Shown here piece by piece: positions 1-10,219 of a stretch of DNA of 64,000 nt. Location of the stretch: the NCBI RefSeq assembly GCF_003704095.1, contig NW_020845317.1, positions 124,001 to 188,000 of the forward strand, written 5' to 3'. This stretch comes from Pocillopora damicornis (lineage: Eukaryota). The notes beneath the pieces are model-generated. The model worked only from the letters and a program-made list of their open reading frames with translations. It searched no databases and was not told the origin of the DNA. How positions within the stretch are numbered: position 1 is the first letter of the stretch; each line of letters starts with the position of its first letter. The translations under genes were made by a program, and so were the position numbers.

Positions 1-3000
1 CCAAAAGACTGAATCATTGAGGAGTCGCAGAACTTTTGAATGAGTGTCGCGAACCAAAACCAACATGGCCACGACTATCAATCAAATGAGGAAGAAAATA
101 TCTCGGGCAGTTAGTGAGAACCCAAAGTATAAAACAAGCTCTCGCGCTTTTAACTCAAAAACAGTTGGCAGGTATAAAAGACTTATCACACAGTTTTGCC
201 AATTGCACATTGTAAAAACAAGCAATTGGCTGTTTTCCTTTTGGCGAACGACAAGCACCCACCGCTGCTCTCCTTCCCGCATCGAAGTCGATGTAAGTTT
301 AAAAAAAAATTGACTTAAGTAGAGGCACTAAACGAATCACTCGTGGTAGACTTTTTAACGAATGAACTTGCTGAGGCTACTTGTTTTTACGATCTTCTCT
401 TAAGGAAAACGCACCACAACCACAAAGAACACATTTTTCAATGCTCGTTTCTCGAAGAAGAAAATTTCAACAATTTACCGAGAGCGTGTCTCGAGTACGC
501 GCGACGGACTCAATAAAACATTCTGTAACGTTTACCGACAAATGTTTGGCTGCTGAAAAGGAACTTTTCACGCTTGCAGTTCCAAGGAACCCAACAGATC
601 TGTTACAACTGTACAACGCTACTGTTCTGCAATATAAAGTGGTATGCAACTCACGCTCGCCATAAGAAAACACCCAATTTATAGTAACAATAAATTTGCA
701 TGCATCGCCATACCATTTCTCTCACAAAAGTAGATAATGAAGTTAGACAAACTTATGAATGAAACTGAATTACGAACGTATTTTGATTGGTTCTTACCCA
801 AAATTTATTGGAAGACAGACGTCTAGATAACGCCACCTTAAGTGCCACTCTCGCTAAGAGCGGGCCTCTCGCCTTTCCGTCGGAAAAAAGTTTTCTCTTA
901 TTTTTTGCCCAAAGGGTTCAGGACACATGTTTCAAAAATAGTTTAGTTGTTCTCCAATTCTCTTTTTTGCGTCGCCACAAGCCAAAAATGATTTTTGGCC
1001 AGACCACCTCTGTGAACAGCGATCGAAAGTGTCAATTTCAAAGATTTTGTCTAGCGCGCAGCGACTGCATCAATGTAGCTCACGGAATTCTATCTTGCTA
1101 CAAGTTACAAGGTGTATTTAGTTAGTTCACAGACAAAATATGGAAACTTAAGCTGAAATATTTTTCATACCAGCGTGATCAGAGGAGACCCTTCTCTTCG
1201 ACCTTAATTTGCATATCAAAAATTCACTACTTTGTACGAAAGAATTCTCAAAATGCAGGCGTTAATCGGCCTGAAAAAGCATATCAGTGCATAGTTTATA
1301 CACCAATGAGGTCACTGATTGCCTCAAAACCCGCGGGTATATCTCTAGCTTCCATATACCAACTTCTTAAAAACAACGCAAATCCATGTGTTTGCTCAAT
1401 TGCGCTGGTGTCAAAGATCATTTGCATGATTCTTGGAATCGACCAAGATCTCCTTTTGACAGTTCAAACTTCGTTCGTTTATCTTCTACGTTGAGGATTT
1501 TAGGTTTTCACAGCAACTGAATGGAGATTAGATGCCGAGTTGTCCTAAGACGTTGCGTAAACGTGATCGGTCGTAACGCTTGCGCGCTTGCGTGACTTAC
1601 AAAGTAGACAAAGGTGATCGGAAGGCGCCTTCTCGATAATTTACGTTGAAATATCAGGTCATGAACTATGCACTGTGTGGAGAAGATCAAAATTAAAGAA
1701 TAAAATTTGGCACTCTGGTCATAACAGACATATCACGTTGCTTAAAAGGACACAAAAACAAGTTAAAATAGGTTGCATTGTTTATATTTACAAAACAACA
1801 CGCATACACTCCGAAACAATTCTTGCAGTTTCTCCCGAGATTTAGTATACGGAACCCGATGAACTAACCCTCTTTCTGCAAATTTGATTCCGTCATTAAT
1901 GATGTGACGCTCTTATGTACCACAACGGTTTTGAGCGACAAACTCGACATTTCCCTGCGANNNNNNNNNNNNNNNNNNNNNNNNNNNNNNNNNNNNNNNN
2001 NNNNNNNNNNNNNNNNNNNNNNNNNNNNNNNNNNNNNNNNNNNNNNNNNNNNNNNNNNNNGCCGTGTCTCTGATGTGTTTCTATCCTCGACGAAATCTTC
2101 TTTAAAACTGATTTATAATATATTTTCTTAGGCTTTAATATTTAATCTTTATTTGAGGGGGTCGGATTTTTTTGTTTACAATATGAAGGAAATAAAATAT
2201 TGATGACAGCTATCAAAGTTACTGTCCACATTTGACTGAAAATGTGTCAAGTTCACATTTAAGCTAGAGAATTTTAGTTGTGTCATGACGAAATATGCCT
2301 CATCCTCCTTAAGGCTCTATAATACTATTATGACCACCCTTCCCCTCCTCATCGGAAGTTAATTGGCAGTCAACTTACCCCTGGAAAACCGTGTGATCCC
2401 CTCAAAAAATTCCCCTCCCTCGGGGGATAATTAAAGGTTCCCTCGTTATTTTTTCCACCCTAAAAGTATTTACATTTGAGATAACTGAGTTACATATCAT
2501 GTGTTTTTTCGAAAGGGGCAAGGGGATTCCACACGTAGCACCAAAGTAAATGACATAATATTTGTGCTAAAACTTTATTAAAATCACAAACGAAGCGAGG
2601 TACTTATTTTTCATGTTTTGCTGCTGTCCTCCTGAACAAGCATGTCTACAAACTAAAGAATACCCGTTTAATAACGAATTAAACCAAAACTGTATCAGTA
2701 TCACTATTATTAGCTTATAGCAATATTTATGAATATTACCACTTCATGTACTACCTCTGCTAATATGATACTGCTAATAATATGACAACGTACGTTTGTT
2801 CAAACGGGAATATCACGTGTATATCTGATTATTCTATAGAGTGTGGATTTGTGTAAATCGGAACGATGCCTTCATTAAGGAAACATCTAATGCTATAATT
2901 AATGCGAGTATTATATGTCAATAGGAGCAAATAATACCCCAAAAACGTTAATAGAGTTAATCATTAAAAACCATGTTTCGCCTGAACATATCTGCTCTCG

Positions 3001-3202
3001 CTATTCTATTAAATATTTTAAAGGAAAGAGGATGCGTTGCCTTGTATGCTAAATGCAATGATATTTCTTGATGTGTTCTTTATTCTCCATTATTCCTGTC
3101 TGTCTTTTCGTCTTTTGAAGTGGCTTCCTCTGCTTCAGCAAGTGGTGTGTGATGGACAGAGTACCGAGTCCTGAAAACAGGAGCAATTTTTCAAAGGGAG
3201 AG

Positions 3203-3253
3203 TTAGTGTTATCAACTGAGTTGAAAACGTAAATTGGCCACTGTAAAGAGTTT
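3203..3253. mobile_element. Family C left arm running into an assembly gap
   Basis: ttatcaactgagttgaaaacgtaaattggccactgtaaagagttt. Confidence 0.6.
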
Positions 3254-3353
3254 NNNNNNNNNNNNNNNNNNNNNNNNNNNNNNNNNNNNNNNNNNNNNNN
3301 NNNNNNNNNNNNNNNNNNNNNNNNNNNNNNNNNNNNNNNNNNNNNNNNNNNNN
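3254..3353. other. Assembly gap (100 N) probably hiding the last AIDA exons; other gaps at 1961-2060, 9248-9625, 49682-50060, 59226-59325 and 61463-61562
   Basis: Runs of N. Confidence 0.95.
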
Positions 3354-3425
3354 GACAATGTTTTTTTTGACAAAGAGCCCAACAGACACATGGAATTCTA
3401 AAATAAAAAATACAACAACTCTAAC

Positions 3426-3548
3426 CTCTTGGAAGTTTCTCTATAGGCTTTTGAATTTCTACATCAGTATCAAAGTTGATAAACTTTCCATTAACTCTGT
3501 TTGAAGTGGTTGTATCTTGAGCTGGGGTTACATTCACACCATTGGCAT
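3426..3548 (-). CDS. AIDA: AIDA exon 8 (C2 domain)
   Basis: ctacag|DANGVNVTPAQDTTTSNRVNGKFINFDTDVEIQKPIEKLPR|gttaga; 123 nt. Confidence 0.93.
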
Positions 3549-6500
3549 CTGTAGAGAGAAAACACTCAATAGTTCAATATAAATTTTGCTGCAGTTATTT
3601 GTTAGCTCTTTACACCCTAAATATCAGTATGCATATTCTCCATACTGTTCTCCTTACATTTCCTAAGGTGCTGGTAAGGAGAATGTACCTAACAATCAAG
3701 AACTTCTTTTGTTGGTGATCATTTACTTTATTCTTGTGACCCTATGTGTGTTTTAGGGATGAAATTGAGAGGAGAAATTACATGCTCATGGTGACTCTTA
3801 GGGGTTAAAGGAATTAGTTAACATCCCCTCCACCTTGGCATTATAATAATCATTGATCGTTACCTTTCACAGAAACAGTAAAAAATGGATTAATGTACAC
3901 ATGGGCATCCTTCAGTCCAATCTGGTTGATTCGTACAACAAGTCGATGATATCCTTCTTCGAATGGGATACGCGGCAACAAAGACCCTCCTTCAGCTTAA
4001 AAAACAAGAAAAAAGATGAACATCATTATATGACAGAGCAAAAATACAACAAAAATGAACAAATGTATGACATATGTAAGATTAATATCTGAAAAAGGGT
4101 TGTGGTTGTTTAACATGCTAAATACATGACCAGATTATTTCAACTGAGTACTGTTACTGATAGTTCTCTTCTGTAAGTTTCTAGAACTCTTTCATAAATG
4201 GTGTGCTACACTGCTGTTTTTATTGCATTTCTGTAAACTAGCCTTTTCAATCAGTTGGTATAAGCATGTTTTAAAAACAATTGCAATATCAGGAATTTTC
4301 ATTCAATCAAAAGCACATTAATTTTCAAGGGTATAGAAGAGTATTAATCATGCCCAACTCTAATTTTGAGGTAACTATCGCCCTATCTGAAAATGGGATC
4401 CTGGGCAGTATAAGTAATCTGTGTCACACACTGAACTGTATGATTACTGATAGAAAAGACACCAGACATAATGATGTTCTATGACAGAGTACACTGGTGT
4501 ACTCAAGTAATAACTTGAATGCCTATAAGATCTTAAAGTGTGTTCATGCATTAAAAAAGGAAAGAACTCACCAACTGAAGAAACATGCTCAGTTCCATTT
4601 TCATCTCCATATTCTGTTACATCAGTATCACTAACAAAAACAGAAAAAAAAGTTGTAGGCTTTCCATCCTTCAGACAGCAGTAATGTTTGAGAGACAATT
4701 TACATCAGAAACCAAAAGATGACCCTGAATGAAGAAAGAACCAAGGAAAGGTTCAACTTGCCAATGATCTGGACAGGACCCATCAGGTCACATGTCACTG
4801 AAGACCTGATCAATTTGGTGATCTTTATTTTAGAAGAGGCAAAAGTTTAATTGGCCATTTTACAGTAATGCATTTAGTTGCCAAGCCTTTGATTTGGAGT
4901 GAGGCTGAAAGTGACCTTGTTGTGATAGAGACCAGTATCTAATTAGCATGATAACAAAGTAATTTACAAAGCAGCAATGTTTGTATCATAACAAGGTCAC
5001 CCTTAGCCTCACTCCTGTTCAAAGGCTTGGCAACCAAGCATGCAACTGCAAAATGGACTATAAAAAATTTCCTTCCTGTATGTGTGGTGCCAAAAATTTG
5101 ATGAGCTAACCAAGATCATCTATTCAATCAGCTTGAAATTTTTAATTTTATTTCTTGCTGGCCCCACCAGTTATAAAAATAACAACCTAAAACTTACTAA
5201 TTGATCTAAATTATGACTAACCTTGTTTTAGGCTCTTCGATCCTGACTGGAAAAGGACCATTCCAACCTACATTTAAGTTTCTCAACACTGTGCAAAAAG
5301 AGTTGATAATGGTAATCTGCAGTTAAAACTGTTGTAAAATAAGAAATATTTTCAAAAGACAAACCAGTTAATAGAAATATTGTGATGAAGCTGGCTTCAT
5401 AGGAATATCATTGGGACAATTTTTGTTGCGCTGAAAGTTGAGAGGTTGTTATGAGAATATTGGAGGGCACTTAATCATTACACCACTGTCTCCCTCAAAG
5501 AGGTTGTATCAATTGTTTCTAAATATGAATTTGTCTGGAGTTATCAGGTACTGGCCATTACAAGCCATTTTACAGTTTTTTATGTTAGTTGCTGAGCCTT
5601 TGATCTAAAGTGAGGCTGAAGGTGACCTTGTTGTGATAGAGACCAGTATCTAGTTAGCAACTGATAACAAAGTAATTTACATTAATTTAAAAAGCAGCAA
5701 TGTATGTGTCAATTAACAAGGTCACCCTTAGCCTCACTCCTGTTTGAAGGCTAATGGCAACCTAGCACTCAACTGTAAAATGGATTATTGAAACATATAC
5801 TGTACAGTTATGCAAGGAGCAATGACAGCATAGTAACAAACAATGCACACTCACCTTCACCAACTTTCTTGATATCATCAAATGAGATCTCATCATCTCT
5901 AGCCTTATTGTGAATCAAAAATAAAAAGTAATAATGGACAATTGAGAAGATGAACTTTAAACATTTCAAGACTACATTAATTATTGATTAAAATTAACCA
6001 GTTGATTTACTTTCAAATTTTAGTGTATATGATTTATAATAATCATGCATTGTCATTAAATTTTCAACTCCGGTTATTGAATTTCTAATGCTCTGATTGG
6101 CTCATTTAACTCCAGTAAAATGGAACTCATATACCCAATCACCTTACATAGAAACTAATACACACAAGTATTTCTTAATCTGAGCATTAAAACAAATTCA
6201 TTAAGCTCCCATAGCTAGTGTTCATAATAAGACGATTATTCTATTCATGCTTGTTGGACACAAGATTTGCTATTCATCATTTAATATCCAACAGTGCATA
6301 TGAAATAATTGTTAAGTACTAAGCTTATTAAAGTAAATGTGTTTCGAAGATATGGTGCCAAGGTTATACTAAATTGATGCACTATTGATGAGCAATCTCC
6401 TTCCTAAATAATAGAAACTGAGGGTGTCTGATAAAACTGATACACAAAATTGCACACTCTCTTCTCAATAACCATTTACAGTACATACCAGAACTCATGG

Positions 6501-9060
6501 TCTAAATGAATTTCACCAAAATTTTTCCTCATGCAAGAAAAAACCTCGTAATATTATCAAACCAAACATGGTCACAGTCAGATTCACCTGAGTGGATAGT
6601 AATATTTTGCTTCTCTTCTCAAAACAGGCTGACATTTTAAGCATCAGTTTCTATAGAACAAACATTACATTTAATTTATTATCAATAAAATTAAAGTACA
6701 AATTTGTGTGCCATAATCATGTAAATAGCTATGTCTATCTTTAATTCTTGAGCAGTAAATGGACCAAATGGACCAAATCTACTTGGCCCTCAATCTGCAA
6801 ATGTTATTTTTCTGCAATGGTCAAACCCTTTCAAGTGTTTACATTCATTTGAAATCACTGAAGTGTGTCTAATAAAGGGGGTACGTTTCTAAAGAAACTG
6901 CTGTATCAGTGTGAGAATGTTCAGGGTAATTTGGTGTAATATTAACCGAGTTGATAATGTAAATCAGCCAACGTAAAGAATTTTAAAAAGCTGACATTTT
7001 GAGCGTTGGATGAAGGGCTCTGCTGAAGGGCTAATGCTTGAAATGTCAGCTTTTAAACTCTTTACTGTAGCCAATTTACATTTTTATCACCTCAGTTAAT
7101 AGAACCAAATTAGACTGAATGCTCTTACACCAATGTAGCCCTACATTTTCTTTAGAAACCTACCCCTTTTACTTGTGTGTCTAACGAATAGATAGCCAAA
7201 AGAATCTCTCTGCTTAATGAATGTATGAACTACATTAAATATTACTTAGTGGCATACGCAACTCAGTGTTTTGGCAACATGGCAAGTCAGGGGTGTGTCT
7301 GTTTCAAGATTGATGTGGTCAATTAATAGATTTTGCTTTAAACATTGATTTATACACAATAATGAAAGTTTTAACTCTGTCTCCACAAACCTTCTGTTCC
7401 TCTTGAAACATCTTGTTTCCCAAAGCACAATGTTTTTTCAAGTCTCTAGCGAGTCTAGACAAAACAACTTTCTTTATTAATCAGTGGTCATCTACAAGAA
7501 TTTCATTAAGGAAGGTTAAAGATAGAGAAAAGCAAAAAGAATCAGATTCGAAAATTCTAAATAAGCTCATTAGTAAATATTGTGGGCAGCTTATCAAGAA
7601 AAATTTTAATCCTTCAACTCTCAGAGTTGATTGACAAGTAACTTCTTCCAGTGTTTTTCTTTTCAGGTGGTAACCAACAAAATTTACTGCCTGTAGTATC
7701 TCCTATTACCGTTTAAAATTGCTTGGAATTCTTGAAAATTCAACAGGTAAAAGGATTCCTTTAATGGTTTGAAAATTTATTTTATCTGTCATGCTTAAAA
7801 TAAGGGAGAACACTGTTCTCCCTGTAATAAATTCCATATATTACTCAGCAAACAGGTAATGACAATACTCAAACTTATCAGCTAGATGTTAATTCTTGAT
7901 CTAATATTAAAATCTTGTAACTAACTTACAAGGAAATCTGTAGCAGTTAGAGGGGAGAATTAATAATCAGATCTTGGGAATTAAAGGGTTAATTTAATAA
8001 ATGTCCACCAAATTATCATTTTTATCAAAAATTAATAGATAGGTATATCATATATATACAGATTTAACAGTACATAGTCAGTGGCTAGTCATTTTAAATT
8101 CTCCCCAAGTGTAAAAAACAAAAAAAATTAAAATTGTGAAAATTAAATATTGGGTGACATAGATTTGTATATGACTTAGGCAGGCCTGAGGCCATGCAAA
8201 AAAATTAATTAAAAATGACAAAAGAGAATGTTTACAAAGTATTTCAAGAGAAAGACAATGGACATTTATTTATAACAAAAATTCACCTGCTAGAGCAGTA
8301 AAATATGATTAAACTGGGGCAGAGCTTATTGCTTAAAATGAAACACTTACGTTTAATATACATATTATATATCCAAATTTGAACATTCTAAACATTTATC
8401 AGCCTGAACATATCAAAAAAACGATTATTTCTACACAGACTCGCGCTGTTGCTACCGTATTTTTTTCGACAAGTTTATGTTAAACCATTCCTAGATAGCT
8501 GTTACCAATCTTCACAAGCTTATCATAATAAACAGTCTAGGTTTTTTTTTAGTCGTGAAAAATATACACACAGTAAACTATGATCATCTTCTCTTGGGAA
8601 ATTTCTTGGGTAGTTTCAACCATTTATACCGAAAATGGTTAAAAAAAGACTAAACCAGAATCTTAGCTAAAAAAATTAAATATGTTTTCTGGAAAAATTA
8701 AGCCACTTTCAAATTCTGAGGGCTTAAATTTATTCCGCAAACAAGAATCGAAACAGTACCGTTTCATGCAACACTAAATGACCTTAAAAATTCTACCTAT
8801 TCAGGCCAAAATCCACTAACGAAGCTAGCCATAAGTAGCTTAGATAGGCGTCGTTGCTTCCTATGAGATTGCAGTGAATTACGGAGCAAAATGTGTGTAC
8901 TGCATATGAAAGAGGAAAGCAAATAAAACAGACATATCGTTCTTATGTGGTACCTTGAATACTCCTCGGCGGCTTCCACCAGCTGGCCCCAAGAATCAAA
9001 ATCTTTTCCTTTCTCAAAAGAGACATACCACTGGTTTATTGTTCTGGACTTTTCAGTCAT
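3426..9060 (-). CDS. AIDA: Axin interactor, dorsalization-associated protein (AIDA), multi-exon, 3'-partial (221 codons reconstructed)
   Basis: Exons 8954-9060, 7391-7454, 6588-6650, 5855-5903, 5222-5288, 4572-4630, 3864-3995 and 3426-3548. All are GT-AG and phase-compatible. Translation MTEKSRTINQWYVSFEKGKDFDSWGQLVEAAEEYSRLARDLKK...SLLPRIPF...IGLKDAHVYINPFFTVSVKDANGVNVTPAQDT...EIQKPIEKLPR matches the recalled AIDA N-terminal (DFDSWGQLVEA) and C2 domains. The last C2 exons were not found; the N-gap at 3254-3353 follows. Confidence 0.95.
3602..3816 (+). mobile_element. ~210-bp MITE (family A, TTAA/CCC-type ends, piggyBac-like)
   Basis: Degenerate ttaacccttta...taaagggttaa ends; internal sequence recurs at 9626-10077, 14000-14112 and 15400-15539. 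Confidence 0.7.
3864..3995 (-). CDS. AIDA: AIDA exon 7 (start of C2 domain)
   Basis: tttaag|AEGGSLLPRIPFEEGYHRLVVRINQIGLKDAHVYINPFFTVSVK|gtaacg; 132 nt. Confidence 0.93.
4345..4418 (-). pseudogene. Degenerate duplicate of AIDA exon 7 within intron 6
   Basis: Encodes ILPRIPF, then after a frameshift GDSYLKIRVG, against LLPRIPFEEGYHRLVVRIN in the real exon 7. Confidence 0.55.
4572..4630 (-). CDS. AIDA: AIDA exon 6 (acidic linker)
   Basis: tgttag|SDTDVTEYGDENGTEHVSSV|gtgagt; 59 nt. Confidence 0.85.
4852..5060. mobile_element. Palindromic ~210-bp MITE (family D), AIDA intron 5
   Basis: Long inverted arms ccattttacagt...ccaagcctttga...gagtgaggct...gtgaccttgtt / aacaaggtcac...agcctcactc...caaaggcttgg...actgcaaaatgg. 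Confidence 0.8.
5222..5288 (-). CDS. AIDA: AIDA exon 5
   Basis: gcacag|VLRNLNVGWNGPFPVRIEEPKT|gttagt; 67 nt. Confidence 0.88.
5563..5787. mobile_element. Second copy of family D palindromic MITE, AIDA intron 4
   Basis: Colinear with 4852-5060. Confidence 0.8.
5855..5903 (-). CDS. AIDA: AIDA exon 4
   Basis: aataag|ARDDEISFDDIKKVGE+G|gtgagt; 49 nt. Confidence 0.88.
6588..6650 (-). CDS. AIDA: AIDA exon 3
   Basis: ctatag|KLMLKMSACFEKRSKILLSTQ|gtgaat; 63 nt. Confidence 0.9.
6874..7170. mobile_element. Palindromic Penelope-like repeat (family C) with central degenerate hammerhead motif
   Basis: Arms aaaggggg..tttctaaagaaa / tttctttagaaac..cccctttt; centre gct-ctgctga-agggctaatgctt-gaaa-tgtc-agc (7017-7050). 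Confidence 0.7.
7391..7454 (-). CDS. AIDA: AIDA exon 2
   Basis: tgtctag|A-LARDLKKHCALGNKMFQEEQK|gtttgt; 64 nt, phase 2 to 0. Confidence 0.9.
7815..7992. mobile_element. MITE family B (ends ...agatcttgggaattaaagggttaa)
   Basis: Same terminal ~100 bp at 18745-18842; degenerate copy at 50280-50462. Confidence 0.65.
8954..9060 (-). CDS. AIDA: AIDA exon 1
   Basis: ATG at 9060; MTEKSRTINQWYVSFEKGKDFDSWGQLVEAAEEYS+AG|gtacca. Confidence 0.93.
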
Positions 9061-9115
9061 ACTTTCGTCTAGGTAGTTTGCAGATCCATTTTTTTGCAGG
9101 TGATTTTCAGATATT

Positions 9116-9180
9116 GGCCATCTTAAAGCGCAAGAGACTGTCAGCAAATGTACATGATTCGTTACATGACGTAACTTCCG
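9116..9180. promoter_or_regulatory. Likely bidirectional promoter between AIDA and the helical-repeat gene
   Basis: CpG-richer patch upstream of the AIDA ATG. Minus strand has an overlapping ETS/CRE-like CGGAAGTTACGTCAT (9166-9180) and a YY1-like AAGATGGCC (9116-9124). Confidence 0.5.
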
Positions 9181-9625
9181 AACACTTTTGTACCGCGGGC
9201 GCTATTAGTTAGCCTGTCTCACGAAACACGCACGCGGACGAAATAATNNNNNNNNNNNNNNNNNNNNNNNNNNNNNNNNNNNNNNNNNNNNNNNNNNNNN
9301 NNNNNNNNNNNNNNNNNNNNNNNNNNNNNNNNNNNNNNNNNNNNNNNNNNNNNNNNNNNNNNNNNNNNNNNNNNNNNNNNNNNNNNNNNNNNNNNNNNNN
9401 NNNNNNNNNNNNNNNNNNNNNNNNNNNNNNNNNNNNNNNNNNNNNNNNNNNNNNNNNNNNNNNNNNNNNNNNNNNNNNNNNNNNNNNNNNNNNNNNNNNN
9501 NNNNNNNNNNNNNNNNNNNNNNNNNNNNNNNNNNNNNNNNNNNNNNNNNNNNNNNNNNNNNNNNNNNNNNNNNNNNNNNNNNNNNNNNNNNNNNNNNNNN
9601 NNNNNNNNNNNNNNNNNNNNNNNNN

Positions 9626-10077
9626 AAAGGTCAAGAGAGTCAAGGAAATGATCACAAATTTAAGAAACTCCTGATTGTCAAACAGATTTTCATTAAATTT
9701 TCCCTACCATAGGAAATGTAAAGAGAACAGTGACTGACTTCTAATTTGACCACTTACACTATCTTCCTTGAAGCAAATTTAAAAGTCACAAGAATAAAGA
9801 AAATGATCACCAATTTAAAGAGCTCCCAATCATCAAACACATTCTGTCTGTACCATAGGAAATGTAAAGAGAACAGTGTGAAGAGAACAGTGTGACTGGC
9901 TTCTAATCTCTCCTTACATTATCTTCCTAGAAGCAGATGTAAAGGTTGTGAGAATAAAGGAAATGATAACCTAGTGAAGAAGCTCCTGATTGTCAAACAA
10001 ATTCTCTTTGTCAGTACCATAAGAAATGTGAAGAGAACAGTTTGGAGAATATGAATACTTATGTTAGGGTGAAAAGG
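9626..10077 (-). mobile_element. Three tandem partial copies of family A MITE in the 5' intron of the OPR-like gene
   Basis: Unit aaatgat(c/a)acc...accat(a/t)ggaaatgt(a/g)aagagaacag repeated three times. Confidence 0.7.
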
Positions 10078-10219
10078 AGCCATAGGTCGAGGTTCTTGAT
10101 AATAAACTAGTGTAACCATGTCTGATAGCATAATTTTTTTCTTTTCATTCTCTTAGGTTCTTCTGTTGTGGTTAATGAGCTGCTCTCCATAATCAAGTTG
10201 AGACAAAAAAGGTCATATT

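Noticed and set aside
1-66. Minus-strand ORF start gccATG-LVLVRDTHSKVLRLLNDSVFW running off the window
   Set aside because: Only 22 codons visible; cannot be supported.
9209-9655. ORFs spanning N-runs (also 1904, 3135, 49614, 59173, 61396)
   Set aside because: Artefacts of assembly gaps.
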